Part shown: positions 24,450 through 35,283 of the stretch, in pieces
How the letters are laid out: each line of letters starts with the position of its first letter
How positions within the stretch are numbered: position 1 is the first letter of the stretch
Assembly: GCA_016699795.1 (NCBI GenBank)
Contig: CP065011.1
Coordinates: 226,474 to 290,473, forward strand
DNA from: Candidatus Moraniibacteriota bacterium
GTDB taxonomy: Bacteria; Patescibacteriota; Minisyncoccia; Moranbacterales; GCA-2747515
Direction of reading: 5' to 3'
DNA: 64,000 bases
Translations under genes and position numbers: made by a program
The notes under the pieces: generated by a model
Database searches by the model: none
What the model saw: only the letters and a program-made list of their open reading frames with translations
What the model was told of the DNA's origin: nothing

Positions 24450-26300
24450 TCACTCCACTGTTACACTTTTTGCGAGATTTCTGGGTTTATCTACATCAAG
24501 ACCTCGTTCTACCGAAACGAAATAAGAAAAAAGTTGAAGAGGAATAACGCTTAGTATCGGCGTAAGCATCTCCAATGTTTTTGGAATTTCAATATAATCT
24601 TTGGTAATGTGAGCAATTTTTTTATCCCCCTTAGTTACAATAGCAAGTACATCTCCTCCTCGAGAACGCACTTCCTCCATCCCTGTTAAAGACTTCTCGT
24701 AGACACTATCTTTAGGAGCTAAAAATAAAGAAGGAAATTCTTTATCAATCATAGCAATTGGACCATGTTTTAATTCTCCTGTTGCTAGCCCTTCAGCATG
24801 AATATAGGAAATTTCTTTTAATTTAATCGCCCCTTCCAAGGCTACGGGATAATTATATTTTCTTCCAAGAAAGAAAAAATTTTTCCGTTGTGAATATTTT
24901 TTAGCCAATTTCTTTATAGAAGAAGTATTTTGTAATAGGAACTCAATTTTTTTGGGAAGCATTTCCATTTCTCGAAGAATTCTTTTTCCCATGACTAAAG
25001 ACATCTCTCTTCTTCGACCTAGAAATACAGTAAGAAGTGCGAGGACAACAAGTTGAGAGGTAAATGCTTTTGTTGAAGCTACTGCAATTTCTGGACCAGC
25101 ATGATTGTATACGCCAGCATCAGTTTCTCGGGAAATAGTAGAACCCACAACGTTTACTATTCCCAAAGTAAGAGCTCCTCTATTTTTTGCCTCACGAATT
25201 GCAGCCAAAGTGTCTGCTGTCTCTCCGGATTGTGATAAAGCAATGACTACTGTTTTTTTATCAAGAAGAGATTTTTTATATCGAAATTCATGCGCATATT
25301 CCACTTCAGTTGGAATTCCAGCATATTCTTCGAGCATATATTTTCCCACAAGACCAGCGCATCGGGCTGTTCCACATCCAACAAGAAGTATTCTTTCAAT
25401 ACCTCTTAATTTTTTCTCCACATTTGAAAGTCCGCCGAGTCGGGCCATTCCATCATCAAGAAGAATTCTTCCCCGTAAAGTATTTTTTAGAGACAGTGGC
25501 TGTTCAAAAATTTCTTTCAACATATAATGAGCAAATTCGCCTTTTTTCACTTTCTCCCCAGACCATTCCAATAGCTGTGGCTCCTTTAATTTTTTCGATT
25601 GATTTGAAAGTGTTCGCAAAGAATATTCTCCTTTTGTAATAATCACAGCTTCATTATCATCCAAATACACAACACGATCAGTGTATTCAGCAATAGCAGA
25701 AGGATCTGATGCTAAAATAAATTCTTCTTTTCCAACACCAAGAACCAGAGGACTACTCAAGCGTGCTGCAAGAATTTTTTCAGGATCTTCACTGCTTATA
25801 GCCACAATAGCATAGGCTCCACGAATTTCTAAAAGTGTTTTAAAAAAAGCACTCTCAAAATCCATCGTTTTCATTTTTTCTCCAATAAGCTGAGCGATTA
25901 CCTCACTATCAGTTTCTGAAACAAATGTACATTTTTTCTTTTTAAGAGATTCTTTTAACTGCGTATAATTTTCAATAATACCATTATGAACAATAGCTAC
26001 TCGTTTGGACATATCTAAATGAGGATGAGCGTTTTTTTCTGATGGTTTTCCGTGCGTTGCCCACCTCGTATGAGCAATTCCCAAAAAAGTTTCCGCTTTA
26101 CTCGAGAAAAGTTTCTCTTCTAAATTCGACACTCTTCCAACAGCCTTTATAACCTCCAAAAAATTTTCCTCTTTCTCTTTATTTTTCAAAATAACCGCCA
26201 TACCAGAACTATCATATCCTCGATACTCCAATTGTTTTAATCCTTCAAGAAGAACTTTTTTTGCTGAACGCTTTCCGATATATCCAACGATTCCACACAT
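24450..26300 (-). CDS. glmS: glutamine--fructose-6-phosphate aminotransferase GlmS
   Basis: N-terminal MCGIVGYIG (Ntn amidotransferase), two SIS domains, C-terminal ...KSVTVE. The true start is the internal Met. Confidence 0.9.
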   Translation of the reverse strand: MCGIVGYIGKRSAKKVLLEGLKQLEYRGYDSSGMAVILKNKEKEENFLEVIKAVGRVSNLEEKLFSSKAETFLGIAHTRWATHGKPSEKNAHPHLDMSKRVAIVHNGIIENYTQLKESLKKKKCTFVSETDSEVIAQLIGEKMKTMDFESAFFKTLLEIRGAYAIVAISSEDPEKILAARLSSPLVLGVGKEEFILASDPSAIAEYTDRVVYLDDNEAVIITKGEYSLRTLSNQSKKLKEPQLLEWSGEKVKKGEFAHYMLKEIFEQPLSLKNTLRGRILLDDGMARLGGLSNVEKKLRGIERILLVGCGTARCAGLVGKYMLEEYAGIPTEVEYAHEFRYKKSLLDKKTVVIALSQSGETADTLAAIREAKNRGALTLGIVNVVGSTISRETDAGVYNHAGPEIAVASTKAFTSQLVVLALLTVFLGRRREMSLVMGKRILREMEMLPKKIEFLLQNTSSIKKLAKKYSQRKNFFFLGRKYNYPVALEGAIKLKEISYIHAEGLATGELKHGPIAMIDKEFPSLFLAPKDSVYEKSLTGMEEVRSRGGDVLAIVTKGDKKIAHITKDYIEIPKTLEMLTPILSVIPLQLFSYFVSVERGLDVDKPRNLAKSVTVE

Positions 26301-26355
26301 ACTTGTACAATGTGTAATATAAGCGTGAAAAAAAAACACGCAAAAAAACACTTTT

Positions 26356-27000
26356 TTATCTCATTAAAATTTTCTTAGCTTCTTCTAAATCTTTTACTTC
26401 AAAATCACAATATTCAGTTATTTTCTCTTTATAACGACCCTCTACTCGTGTTACAAAAATGGTTTTTATAAAAGGATTTGTTATTTTTACATTCTTGATA
26501 TGTTCTGGCCGATCATCCAAAAACCAAGCACTATCTTTTTCTTCCTTCAAAAAAGATTTTATTTCATAACCCTTGTGAATATCTCCCACCAAAATACTCC
26601 GAAAAAAACTCTCAATACCCGATCCTTTTATTTTATTTTTTTGAAAATCAGAAATACCAAGAGATACAAGAAAAAGTTGATATTTTTTTTCCTGAAAAAA
26701 TGTAAGAAATGGAATAACATCAGAAAAAATATATCGACTACAATGATGAATAAAAACTTCAACAGCATTTCGAAGTTTCTTTTCATCAAAGGAAATTATT
26801 TTTTTTAATTCAAGAAGATGCTCTTCATAATCATACCCTATCGTTTTGCATTGGCGTTCTTTTACTCTTTTGTATGTTTCCATGAAGACTTCTTTACTTA
26901 TTCCTTGTAAGAAAAAAATTTCCTGAAAATCTTTTATAAATTCTCCTGTATAAAAAAGTACATCATCGAAATCAAGAAAAATTTTTTTATTCATATTCAT
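26356..27000 (-). CDS. HAD-superfamily hydrolase
   Basis: Motif I FLDFDDVLF; later WFLDDRPEH (motif IV-like). Confidence 0.5.
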   Translation of the reverse strand: MNMNKKIFLDFDDVLFYTGEFIKDFQEIFFLQGISKEVFMETYKRVKERQCKTIGYDYEEHLLELKKIISFDEKKLRNAVEVFIHHCSRYIFSDVIPFLTFFQEKKYQLFLVSLGISDFQKNKIKGSGIESFFRSILVGDIHKGYEIKSFLKEEKDSAWFLDDRPEHIKNVKITNPFIKTIFVTRVEGRYKEKITEYCDFEVKDLEEAKKILMR

Positions 27001-27061
27001 TATTATACTACGAATATACAAGATTTTTTTCCTAAAACTTTTTCCCTTTAGAATGTCTCTT

Positions 27062-28093
27062 TCAAATTACATCTTCAATTACTTTTTGATCTTCCATTTC
27101 CAAAAGCAACATAATTACTTTAGCAAGTTTATCGCTGTCATGACGAATAAATGCTCGAAGAGACGCAATAGTGTCTCCAATTTGCATTTCAGGAATACTC
27201 TCGCTTATGACACGAGAAAGAACGATTTTATACGATCTTTTATTTGCTTCTTCATCTTTTTTATAATCAACCAACGTTCCTTTTCCTTCTTTTCGTTCAT
27301 ATTTTTCAATAAGTTCTTTTTTGGGTTTTTCAGTATTAACAATAACATAATTAATTCGACCTTTTCCTATATATTTTTCAAGTGAATCTACATAATGTGC
27401 CACACCCCATCCACTTGTATGTCCCTTTTTATTCGTGAGATTGCATACATAAATTACTTTTGCACGACTTTCTCGTATAGCTCGGGCAAATGGTTTGATT
27501 ACAACGCTTGGCAAAATACTACAATAATGATTTCCTGGACCAATAATAATAACATCCGCCTGGTCAACCTGAATCAATGCCTTTGGATAAGCACCAACGC
27601 GCGATTCGTACCATATCTTTTTTACTCCTTTTTCTTGTATATCTGAATGATTAATAGCATTCTCACCTTCTAATATAGTTCCGTCACCAAGTTCCAAACG
27701 TAACTTTGCATCATGGTCCGTCACAGGTATGACTTCCCCGGAAACATTGAGAATTTTCATTGCATCTTCAATGCCTTTTCCAAAAGAACCATTAATTTTT
27801 TCTAAAGCACTTAAAAATAAGTTTCCAAAATTATGACCTTTAAGACCCCCTTCCGAAAAACGATAATTCATAAGTTCTCTCATTTTTCCCGACGATTGTG
27901 AAAGCGCCACAAGACATTGTCTCACATCACCCGGAGGCAATACTCCAAGCTCATCACGAAGTACGCCTGTAGAACCACCATCATCAGCCATGGAAACAAT
28001 AGCGGTAAGATCTGATGGGTATTTTTTTAAACCCAAAAGTAATGTATATGATCCCGTTCCTCCTCCAAGCGTTACTATTTTTCTTACTTTCAT
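27062..28093 (-). CDS. YvcK/CofD-family protein (gluconeogenesis factor / UPF0052)
   Basis: LGGGTGSYTLL...MADDGGSTGVLRDELGVLPPGDVRQCL is the signature of the CofD/YvcK family. Confidence 0.75.
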   Translation of the reverse strand: MKVRKIVTLGGGTGSYTLLLGLKKYPSDLTAIVSMADDGGSTGVLRDELGVLPPGDVRQCLVALSQSSGKMRELMNYRFSEGGLKGHNFGNLFLSALEKINGSFGKGIEDAMKILNVSGEVIPVTDHDAKLRLELGDGTILEGENAINHSDIQEKGVKKIWYESRVGAYPKALIQVDQADVIIIGPGNHYCSILPSVVIKPFARAIRESRAKVIYVCNLTNKKGHTSGWGVAHYVDSLEKYIGKGRINYVIVNTEKPKKELIEKYERKEGKGTLVDYKKDEEANKRSYKIVLSRVISESIPEMQIGDTIASLRAFIRHDSDKLAKVIMLLLEMEDQKVIEDVI

Positions 28094-28120
28094 ATATTTT
28101 TTCTCTCCGTCAAAAAATTC

Positions 28121-28801
28121 TCAAATAAAATCTATTATTCTTTCTTGAGCCAAAACAAGCGCTTGAGGATTTCCTATAGGAAACCAATCTACTGCTCGAA
28201 GAACTTGAATATTATTTTTATCCTTCATATTCACAAGAGTTTGAGGAAGGCCATATTCTGTTTGTGAAATTTTTACCAAAGGATAAGAAAAATATTCTTG
28301 AGTTAGCATATAAGCAGCTGTATTTACCAAACGGAAATTTGGATCATGAGGACGCTCCAGAATATCCTTCAAATTTCCCTGATCATCCGTTTTCAGAACT
28401 CCAAATTGAGAAGAGTCTTCTACTTCTATAGCCAAAACAGCTAATTCATATTTCATCAAATTTTCCAAATCTTCTTTTTTATACAAATCATCTCCCATAA
28501 TCACTAAAAAACGTTCTTTTAAAATACTTTTTGCGCTATGAAGGATTTTTCCTGTTCCATCAATTTCTTCATGAATAATATATTGGATTTTTTTTCCTTT
28601 ATAAGTATCTCCAAAATAATGTATAATTTTTTCTTTCAAATAACCCACGATAATAATTACCTCATCAATAGCATCGGGGAGCATTTCAATTGTATATGCA
28701 AGTTTTGGTTTTCCTCTAAGAAAAAGCATGGGTTTTGGAATATCATTGCAAAGATCTCCCATTCTTGTTCCTCGTCCCGCTGCAAGAATTACACATTGCA
28801 T
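28121..28801 (-). CDS. sugar-phosphate nucleotidyltransferase
   Basis: N-terminal ILAAGRGTRMG...PKPM (NTP-transferase G-loop); 226 aa. Confidence 0.7.
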   Translation of the reverse strand: MQCVILAAGRGTRMGDLCNDIPKPMLFLRGKPKLAYTIEMLPDAIDEVIIIVGYLKEKIIHYFGDTYKGKKIQYIIHEEIDGTGKILHSAKSILKERFLVIMGDDLYKKEDLENLMKYELAVLAIEVEDSSQFGVLKTDDQGNLKDILERPHDPNFRLVNTAAYMLTQEYFSYPLVKISQTEYGLPQTLVNMKDKNNIQVLRAVDWFPIGNPQALVLAQERIIDFI

Positions 28802-28935
28802 AGTTTTCTACTTATTATTTTCATAATTCTCTTTTCTATGTTTTTACATCTTACACTATTGTCTTGATTTTTTCACCTTTTGCGTGTACAAAAAGGATGG
28901 TCAGCTCGACCCAATGAATCAAAGGAGATTCTTTC

Positions 28936-29331
28936 ATGTTTCTGAAAAAGTTCTTTTTTTTCCTCTCTCTGAGTATATTTATGGCAATCTTTTTTTCGGG
29001 TTGCGGTGCGACATTAAGAGGTATGGAATCTGATCTAAAGAAGCTCTTAGAAAAAGGGTCTTCTTTCTCCTCAGCTCATCCCACAGAAGTGTGTGAACGT
29101 TTTTACAACAAGTCAAAAAATCTCTATAGACAATGCTTACATCAAGAGATTGAGACGAAATTATCACCCGAAGACCGAGAAAATTTGTACTCTTTGGGGC
29201 CATTATCCGGATGTCAAAAATATTCTCAAACAAAAAATAGAGCATCCTTTCAATCGTGCCAAATAAAAACTTTTGTTTCTCAAAAAGTTCGAGAGTTTGA
29301 ATCTTGGCGAAGAAAAAATCCTCCCCTCTAG
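28936..29331 (+). CDS. lipoprotein, hypothetical
   Basis: Signal peptide with lipobox FFSGCG; 131 aa. Confidence 0.45.
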   Translation: MFLKKFFFFLSLSIFMAIFFSGCGATLRGMESDLKKLLEKGSSFSSAHPTEVCERFYNKSKNLYRQCLHQEIETKLSPEDRENLYSLGPLSGCQKYSQTKNRASFQSCQIKTFVSQKVREFESWRRKNPPL

Positions 29332-29353
29332 AAAAAAAGGAGGGATCATCTTC

Positions 29354-29386
29354 AAGCGAGTTTGTTTTTACAAACTCGCTTTTTCT
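29354..29386. terminator. bidirectional terminator hairpin aagcgagtttg-ttttta-caaactcgctt flanked by T-runs and A-runs
   Basis: 11-bp inverted repeat between convergent genes. Confidence 0.5.
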
Positions 29387-29396
29387 ATAAGATATA

Positions 29397-30302
29397 TCAC
29401 TCTTTTCCTATACTATGACCACCAAAAGCATTCCTCATAGCAGTAAGAACTTTCCCTGTATAACTAGGATTTCCTTGTGATTGTTTGCGAAAATCAAGTG
29501 ATTGCTCAATATTTTTAACAGACACATCCCAGCTCTTTGCAATATCAACCGTCCACTGACCCTCTCCACTGTGAGAAACTTCTCCAGAAATATTTTCAAG
29601 ATTCTCTCCATAATATTCCATACCCTTTTTGAGCCAGCCTATCAATCGAGATTCTACTACACTTTTATGATTATAAAGATCAGCGACATCACAAAGATTA
29701 AGATCGAATGGGGATTGTTTCATAAGAGTAAAACCCTCAGCAATCGATTGCATCATTCCGTATTCAATTCCATTATGAACCATTTTTACAAAATGTCCTG
29801 CACCAGAAGGTCCAAAAAATTTATAAGCATTCATTGCGGAAATATCTTGAAAAAGTTCTTCACATTTTTCAAAAATATTCTTCTCCCCTCCCACCATAAC
29901 ACAAGCCCCATTTTTAGCTCCTTCAGGACCACCTGACACTCCAGCATCTATATAATAAATTCCTTTTTCTTTTAACTCTTTATGTCTTCGTATCGATTCT
30001 TGAAAGGGAGAATTTCCTCCATCAATAATAATATCACCTGATCGAATGTTCTTAATAAGATCCGTCAGTACATCATCAACTTTTGTATAAGGAACCATCA
30101 TCCAAATAAGTCGAGAACCTGACGAAAGAAGTTCTACTCCATTAGCAATTGTTTCTACTGGAATAATCCCTATTTTTTCTCCTTCTTTTCTTACAGATTC
30201 GGATGTATCATATCCAATTACTCTCCAATCCTTTTGGACAAGTCGAGTGGCCATATTTATACCCATTTTACCAAGACCGATATAAAAAATTTCTTTTTTC
30301 AT
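29397..30302 (-). CDS. gnd: 6-phosphogluconate dehydrogenase (decarboxylating), short form
   Basis: N-terminal Rossmann IGLGKMGINMATRL; 301 aa like the short-form 6PGDH family (YqeC/Gnd); adjacent to zwf. Confidence 0.8.
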   Translation of the reverse strand: MKKEIFYIGLGKMGINMATRLVQKDWRVIGYDTSESVRKEGEKIGIIPVETIANGVELLSSGSRLIWMMVPYTKVDDVLTDLIKNIRSGDIIIDGGNSPFQESIRRHKELKEKGIYYIDAGVSGGPEGAKNGACVMVGGEKNIFEKCEELFQDISAMNAYKFFGPSGAGHFVKMVHNGIEYGMMQSIAEGFTLMKQSPFDLNLCDVADLYNHKSVVESRLIGWLKKGMEYYGENLENISGEVSHSGEGQWTVDIAKSWDVSVKNIEQSLDFRKQSQGNPSYTGKVLTAMRNAFGGHSIGKE

Positions 30303-30431
30303 ACAAAACTATTTCTTATATTTAAATTATAAACATATCACCAAAAAATATTTTTTTCATATTATCCAATTTTTCACACTATCTATTAGAATCTTTTATA
30401 ACACAATATACTTTCAAATTAATGGTGTATT

Positions 30432-31880
30432 TTATCCCACAGAAGAAGATCCTCGATCATATTCAATGAGAGGAAGATTTTTCCATTGTTCCAGAATAGG
30501 CGTTATAAATGCCCATTGAGCTTTCACCTCATCTGTACTCGGAAATAATGTTTGGTCATTTCGTATCGTTTCCAAAAGAACATGTTCATAAGCATCAGGA
30601 ATTCTTACAAAATTATCTCCCTCTTCATAGCTAAATCGAAGTGTTTTTCTTTCTAATTCTTTAGAAAATCCTGTTCGTTTCGCCCAAAAACAAAGAGAAA
30701 TTCCTTCATTCGGCTTAATGTGAAATGTAAGTGAGTTTCCACATCCATAGGGATTACCTATGGGACAAAGAGCTCCGAAATTCGATTTTTTAAAATTTAC
30801 TCGAATAAAGGTTTGTGTTACATCCATACCCTTCCCACTTTCCAAATAAAAAGGAACACCTCTCCATTTTTCTGTGTCAATATGCGCTGTTATGCGAAAA
30901 TATGTTTCTGTTTGAGAATTTGGATCTACTCCAGATTCATTCCGATATCCTCGATATTGACCACGCACAATATGAGAGCAATTTATTTTTCCGAAAGTGT
31001 CCTTTATGCAAAGAGGATTAAGATATCGCAATATCTCAAATCGCTTTGATCGAATTTCTGTATCTGAAAACTCCGAAGGGCTTTCCATAGCAGTCATCGC
31101 CAACATTTGCAAAATATGATTTTGCCCTACATCCCGAAGAGCACCGATTCCATCATAAAAATTCCCTCGCCCTTCAATCCCAAACGATTCTACCAAACGA
31201 ATTTCTACCGATTCGATATGATCCTTATTCCAAAGAGGTTCAAAAATATGATTAGCAAATCGAAAATTTAAAATATTTTGTATCGTTTCCTTGGCCAAAT
31301 AGTGATCAATGCGAAAAATTTGTCTTTCTTCAAAAAGAGCCCCTAATTTATCATCCAAAAGCTGAGCTGTTTGAGTATTTTTTCCAAATGGTTTCTCCAC
31401 AAGAATTCTTCCCAGACTTCCATTTTCTGAACAAGTACGAAGGAGTCCGCTAAAATGAATATTTTCAAATATAGTTTCATATCGCTCAGGGGAAACAGCT
31501 AAGTATACAATTTTTTCACTACATGATCCGAATATTTTATCCTGAAATCGAAGTTGTTTCGTAAGTTGCTTGTAAATATCAGGATCTTCGAATACTCCTA
31601 TTTCATAAATAAAACATTCTGAAAAGCTTTTCAACATCTCTTCATTAACATTCGAACGAGTTTTGGTTATCACTTCTCGTACATATTCCTGAAAAGCAAT
31701 TATGCCATATTCACTTCGAGAAAGTCCTATAATCCGAAATTGGCCTTTCGTAAGAATTCCATCACAATACAAATCCCAAAGTGATGGTATGAGTTTCTTC
31801 CGAGACAAATCTCCTGTAATGCCAAAAATTAAGAAGGTTATTGCTTTTTTTATTTTTTCTTGAGAAATTTTTTGTGTCAT
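30432..31880 (-). CDS. zwf: glucose-6-phosphate 1-dehydrogenase
   Basis: FGITGDLSRKKLIPSL NADP-binding N-terminus; RIDHYLAKE active-site motif; 482 aa. Confidence 0.9.
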   Translation of the reverse strand: MTQKISQEKIKKAITFLIFGITGDLSRKKLIPSLWDLYCDGILTKGQFRIIGLSRSEYGIIAFQEYVREVITKTRSNVNEEMLKSFSECFIYEIGVFEDPDIYKQLTKQLRFQDKIFGSCSEKIVYLAVSPERYETIFENIHFSGLLRTCSENGSLGRILVEKPFGKNTQTAQLLDDKLGALFEERQIFRIDHYLAKETIQNILNFRFANHIFEPLWNKDHIESVEIRLVESFGIEGRGNFYDGIGALRDVGQNHILQMLAMTAMESPSEFSDTEIRSKRFEILRYLNPLCIKDTFGKINCSHIVRGQYRGYRNESGVDPNSQTETYFRITAHIDTEKWRGVPFYLESGKGMDVTQTFIRVNFKKSNFGALCPIGNPYGCGNSLTFHIKPNEGISLCFWAKRTGFSKELERKTLRFSYEEGDNFVRIPDAYEHVLLETIRNDQTLFPSTDEVKAQWAFITPILEQWKNLPLIEYDRGSSSVG

Positions 31881-32005
31881 ATGTTTCTATTTATTCTTTT
31901 TTAAAAAATAAATTTTTTATTTTTTAAAACTTTCTTTATACTATCATAAAAATAACCTTTAAACGATTAGGATATTCATTCGAAATTGTTTGTGTTATAC
32001 TATCT

Positions 32006-32532
32006 TTATGAAAAATCATCATCAAACACAAAGTTTATCCGAAGAAAAAGAAAAAGCGCAAGAATTTCATTCAAAAAGGTTTCTAAAAATGTCTTGGCAA
32101 GCGCGAGAAAACGAAAAAGAAGATAAAAACATTCTCATACTTTTTGGCATTGAAGGAGCTCTTACGCTTATCGTTATCTATGCAATAATAAACCAAAATC
32201 CCATAATGGCTATTACTTTTATTTTAGTAGGGATTGTTCTTTATCTTGAATTTCAAAAAGAATCCCCTCTTCTTTCTTTCTCTATAGAAGTCGATGGGAT
32301 TCATGTAAATCGCGAAGTATATCCCTATGAGAATATAGAATCTTTTTGGATTTTTTATGAACCCGGTCAAAGAAAAATTATTAGTCTTCATACTAATGGA
32401 GATCTCACGCCCTATGTACACATTCCTATTGGAGACGAAAATCCTATAAAAATACGAGAAATTCTTGAAAAAATTCTTCCGGAAGAACCCCATCCTATTC
32501 GATTAGTTGACATTCTTGAGAAATACTTTTAA
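32006..32532 (+). CDS. hypothetical membrane protein
   Basis: Two TM helices (ILILFGIEGALTLIVIYAI, ITFILVGIVLYL). Confidence 0.4.
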
Positions 32533-32562
32533 GGTGAGAGGGTTTTCTGTTTACAAAAATAT

Positions 32563-32638
32563 GTCCTCGTAGCCCAGTGGATAGAGCGTCCGGTTGCGGT
32601 CCGGAAGGTCGCAGGTTCGATTCCTGCCGAGGACACCA
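32563..32638 (+). tRNA. tRNA-Arg (anticodon GCG as folded; CCG alternative not excluded) with encoded CCA
   Basis: GTCCTCGTAGCCCAGTGGATAGAGCGTCCGGTTGCGGTCCGGAAGGTCGCAGGTTCGATTCCTGCCGAGGACACCA. Cloverleaf with T-loop GGTTCGATTCC. Confidence 0.75.
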
Positions 32639-32712
32639 AATAATATTTTCTCCCTTGTAAAAAATATAACGAAACGAAATAAATACTATTCTTTTTATTC
32701 GTTTATAAAATT

Positions 32713-33564
32713 TTACGTTTCTTTTCTCTCTATTATTTTATCGTATTCTTTCAAAAGAAATTTTGTGATTTTTCCAGGAACTCCTTCTCCAATTTTTTTT
32801 CCATCTACAGAAATAACTGGAACAATTTTTTTATTCGATGCTGTGATAAAAACCTCATCAGCATCAAAGAATTGTTCTAGCGAAACATTCTCTTCGTATA
32901 CTGAAATATTCCCAGCCTGAGCAATTTGAAGAGCGACAAGGCGTGTTATTCCACCAAGAACATCTTCCTTCGGAGAAAAAATGGAGCCATTTTTTACAAT
33001 AGAAATATTACTCGTTGATGCCTCCAGTATTCTACCTTCCCACACATAAAGAATTTCAAAAATATCTTTTTTTTCAGGATATTTCTTTCGAAAAGCAATT
33101 GGAGTAATATAATCTATTGTTTTTGCTTCAGGAAAATATCTTTTATGTTCAAGAGTTTCCAAAGAAACACCATATGTATAATTTGTTATAGGCAAAACAT
33201 GCACATCTTCTATCAAAATAGAAAATGTTTCTTTTCCTTCAGGAAGAAAGCCACCTTCACTCACACCACCAGTCAAAACAGTTCGAATAGCAAGAGCATC
33301 TTTATTATTTTTCTCATTTAAAGAAAGAAGTTTTTGAATAATAATTCCGTGTTCTTGTTGAGTAATAGGAAGAGAAAGTCCAAGAATTTGAGCACTCTTT
33401 TTTAAACGGTGCCAGTGTTCTTTGTGACGAAATATTTTTCCTTCAAAAACTCGAGAAACATCAAAAACACCATAACCTCGAAGAAAACCAAGATCACGAA
33501 GATGTAAAGCTGGTACGTCTAAACTTACATATTCTCCATTCAAATATGCGACATTCTTCTTCAT
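32713..33564 (-). CDS. class IV aminotransferase (branched-chain amino acid / D-amino acid aminotransferase-like)
   Basis: N-terminal ...LRDLGFLRGYGVFD, typical of fold-type IV PLP enzymes; 283 aa. Confidence 0.8.
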   Translation of the reverse strand: MKKNVAYLNGEYVSLDVPALHLRDLGFLRGYGVFDVSRVFEGKIFRHKEHWHRLKKSAQILGLSLPITQQEHGIIIQKLLSLNEKNNKDALAIRTVLTGGVSEGGFLPEGKETFSILIEDVHVLPITNYTYGVSLETLEHKRYFPEAKTIDYITPIAFRKKYPEKKDIFEILYVWEGRILEASTSNISIVKNGSIFSPKEDVLGGITRLVALQIAQAGNISVYEENVSLEQFFDADEVFITASNKKIVPVISVDGKKIGEGVPGKITKFLLKEYDKIIERKET

Positions 33565-33584
33565 ATTATTTTTACTACCAGTAA

Positions 33585-34202
33585 CTACTCAAGAATACCG
33601 TCAAGGTTAACATCGTAAAGAATAGCCTCTTGAAGATGACGATAGGAAAGTATTTCTTCTGGAGAAAACCAGATGGACATTTCTTTTTCAGCTTCTTCAG
33701 GCGTTCCTGAGGCATGAATTAAGTTACGAACAGATCGACTATCAGCATCTGCTAATTGATAAGAGTCTAAAGTAAAATCACCACGAATAGTTCCCACATC
33801 ACTCGAAAGAGGCTCAGTTCCTCCTGTTATTTTTCTTACCAATCCAACAGAATGAGCTCCTTGCCATATCATAGCAACAACAGGACCAGAAGATAAATAT
33901 TTAGCATTTGCTTCAAGAACTGCCATTCCATTTTCTCTATATGTTTCGTAAGGTGATTTCATTCCTTTTCTTTCATATGCTTTTGCAGCCTTTTCTCCAA
34001 CAGTTTCTAGCCATTCTTCACCACCCACCATATAGTGTTCTCGTGATTTCTCTGGAGTGGGAATAGTCATTTTAAGACCTATCAATTTAAGACCTGCGCG
34101 TTCATATCTTTTAATAATTTCTCCAATGAGAGATCGTTGAACTCCGTCTGGTTTGATAATCACAAGTGTTCGCTCTTTGTACAATGATTGCGTTGCTACC
34201 AT
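33585..34202 (-). CDS. ndk: nucleoside diphosphate kinase with about 60-aa C-terminal extension
   Basis: ERTLVIIKPDGVQRSLIGEII...NLIHASGTPEEAEKE (NIIHGSD-like active site). 205 aa against about 140 typical. Confidence 0.85.
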   Translation of the reverse strand: MVATQSLYKERTLVIIKPDGVQRSLIGEIIKRYERAGLKLIGLKMTIPTPEKSREHYMVGGEEWLETVGEKAAKAYERKGMKSPYETYRENGMAVLEANAKYLSSGPVVAMIWQGAHSVGLVRKITGGTEPLSSDVGTIRGDFTLDSYQLADADSRSVRNLIHASGTPEEAEKEMSIWFSPEEILSYRHLQEAILYDVNLDGILE

Positions 34203-34310
34203 AATTCTTTAATTTTATTATTAAATACTTTCTAAGTGTACCGAAAAAATAACAAAAAGCAAGTTATTTCTTTTTATTGTTCTTTCTTATTATTCTCTTT
34301 GTTTAAGAAA

Positions 34311-35222
34311 TTAAATCTTAAGATATTTTCGAACAGCGATCCAACTACTTATAACACCAAGACTAATTCCCACACCAGGAAGTGCCAAAAGTGGCATCCA
34401 CCAATTTTCTTTTAAAGATTCGATAATGAATTTACTTCCCACAGAACCTTCCACAAGAGGAATGAAATAATAAGCACTTACTCCCAAAAGAATCAGAGTT
34501 ATTACCGCAGAAAAAAGTCCATAAAAAATTCCTTCGAAAAGAAGTGGGAGTCGAATATAAAAATTAGAAGCACCCACAAGACGCATAATTTCAAATTCTA
34601 TTCGTTGCGAATAAAAAGTAAGTCGAATGGCATTATACGTTATAAGAGAAGATATTACCAAAAAGATAGTCCCCACAGCAAGTCCTATTTTTTGAAGCAT
34701 AAGAAGAAGAATATAAAGACGTGCGATATCTTCTTTGTTACGATCATAATTAATAAAGTCTATCTCTTTTGCGTACGAAGATACTTTCAAAGTATTACTA
34801 ATTGTTTCATATTGATCTGTAAATTTTGCCCGTATAATAAGAGAATGTGATAAAGGATTTGTGCCAATTTCATCTAATGCCTTTCGGATACTTTCATTCC
34901 TTCCGTCCGTTTCCAAAAAATTATCAAAGGCTTGTTCCTTTGAGATAAATTCTATAGAATCAATTTCTTGATATTTTTCTAATTCCGTTTTAATGTCCAA
35001 AACTCTCTTTTCTTCGACATCTAAATTAAAATATAAGCTTATATTTAGCTGTTTTTCAACATTTTCTAAAGCTGATCGTCCAGCAAGACCCATAAAAACA
35101 GTCACACTCATAACAAAGAGTGAAAGAACCATAATACTTACCGTTGCCAAAGAGAGAAGTCCGTTTCGAATGAAATTTCTCCATCCCTCTCCTAATGTTC
35201 GATAAACTTTAAGCATTTTCAT
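34311..35222 (-). CDS. ftsX: cell division ABC transporter permease FtsX
   Basis: Four TM helices with a large first extracellular loop; directly downstream of ftsE. Confidence 0.8.
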   Translation of the reverse strand: MKMLKVYRTLGEGWRNFIRNGLLSLATVSIMVLSLFVMSVTVFMGLAGRSALENVEKQLNISLYFNLDVEEKRVLDIKTELEKYQEIDSIEFISKEQAFDNFLETDGRNESIRKALDEIGTNPLSHSLIIRAKFTDQYETISNTLKVSSYAKEIDFINYDRNKEDIARLYILLLMLQKIGLAVGTIFLVISSLITYNAIRLTFYSQRIEFEIMRLVGASNFYIRLPLLFEGIFYGLFSAVITLILLGVSAYYFIPLVEGSVGSKFIIESLKENWWMPLLALPGVGISLGVISSWIAVRKYLKI

Positions 35223-35283
35223 ATACTTTTATTGTGTCTTCAAAGAATGAAAAAATAAACATCTCCTCCTCCGTGTCATTTCT

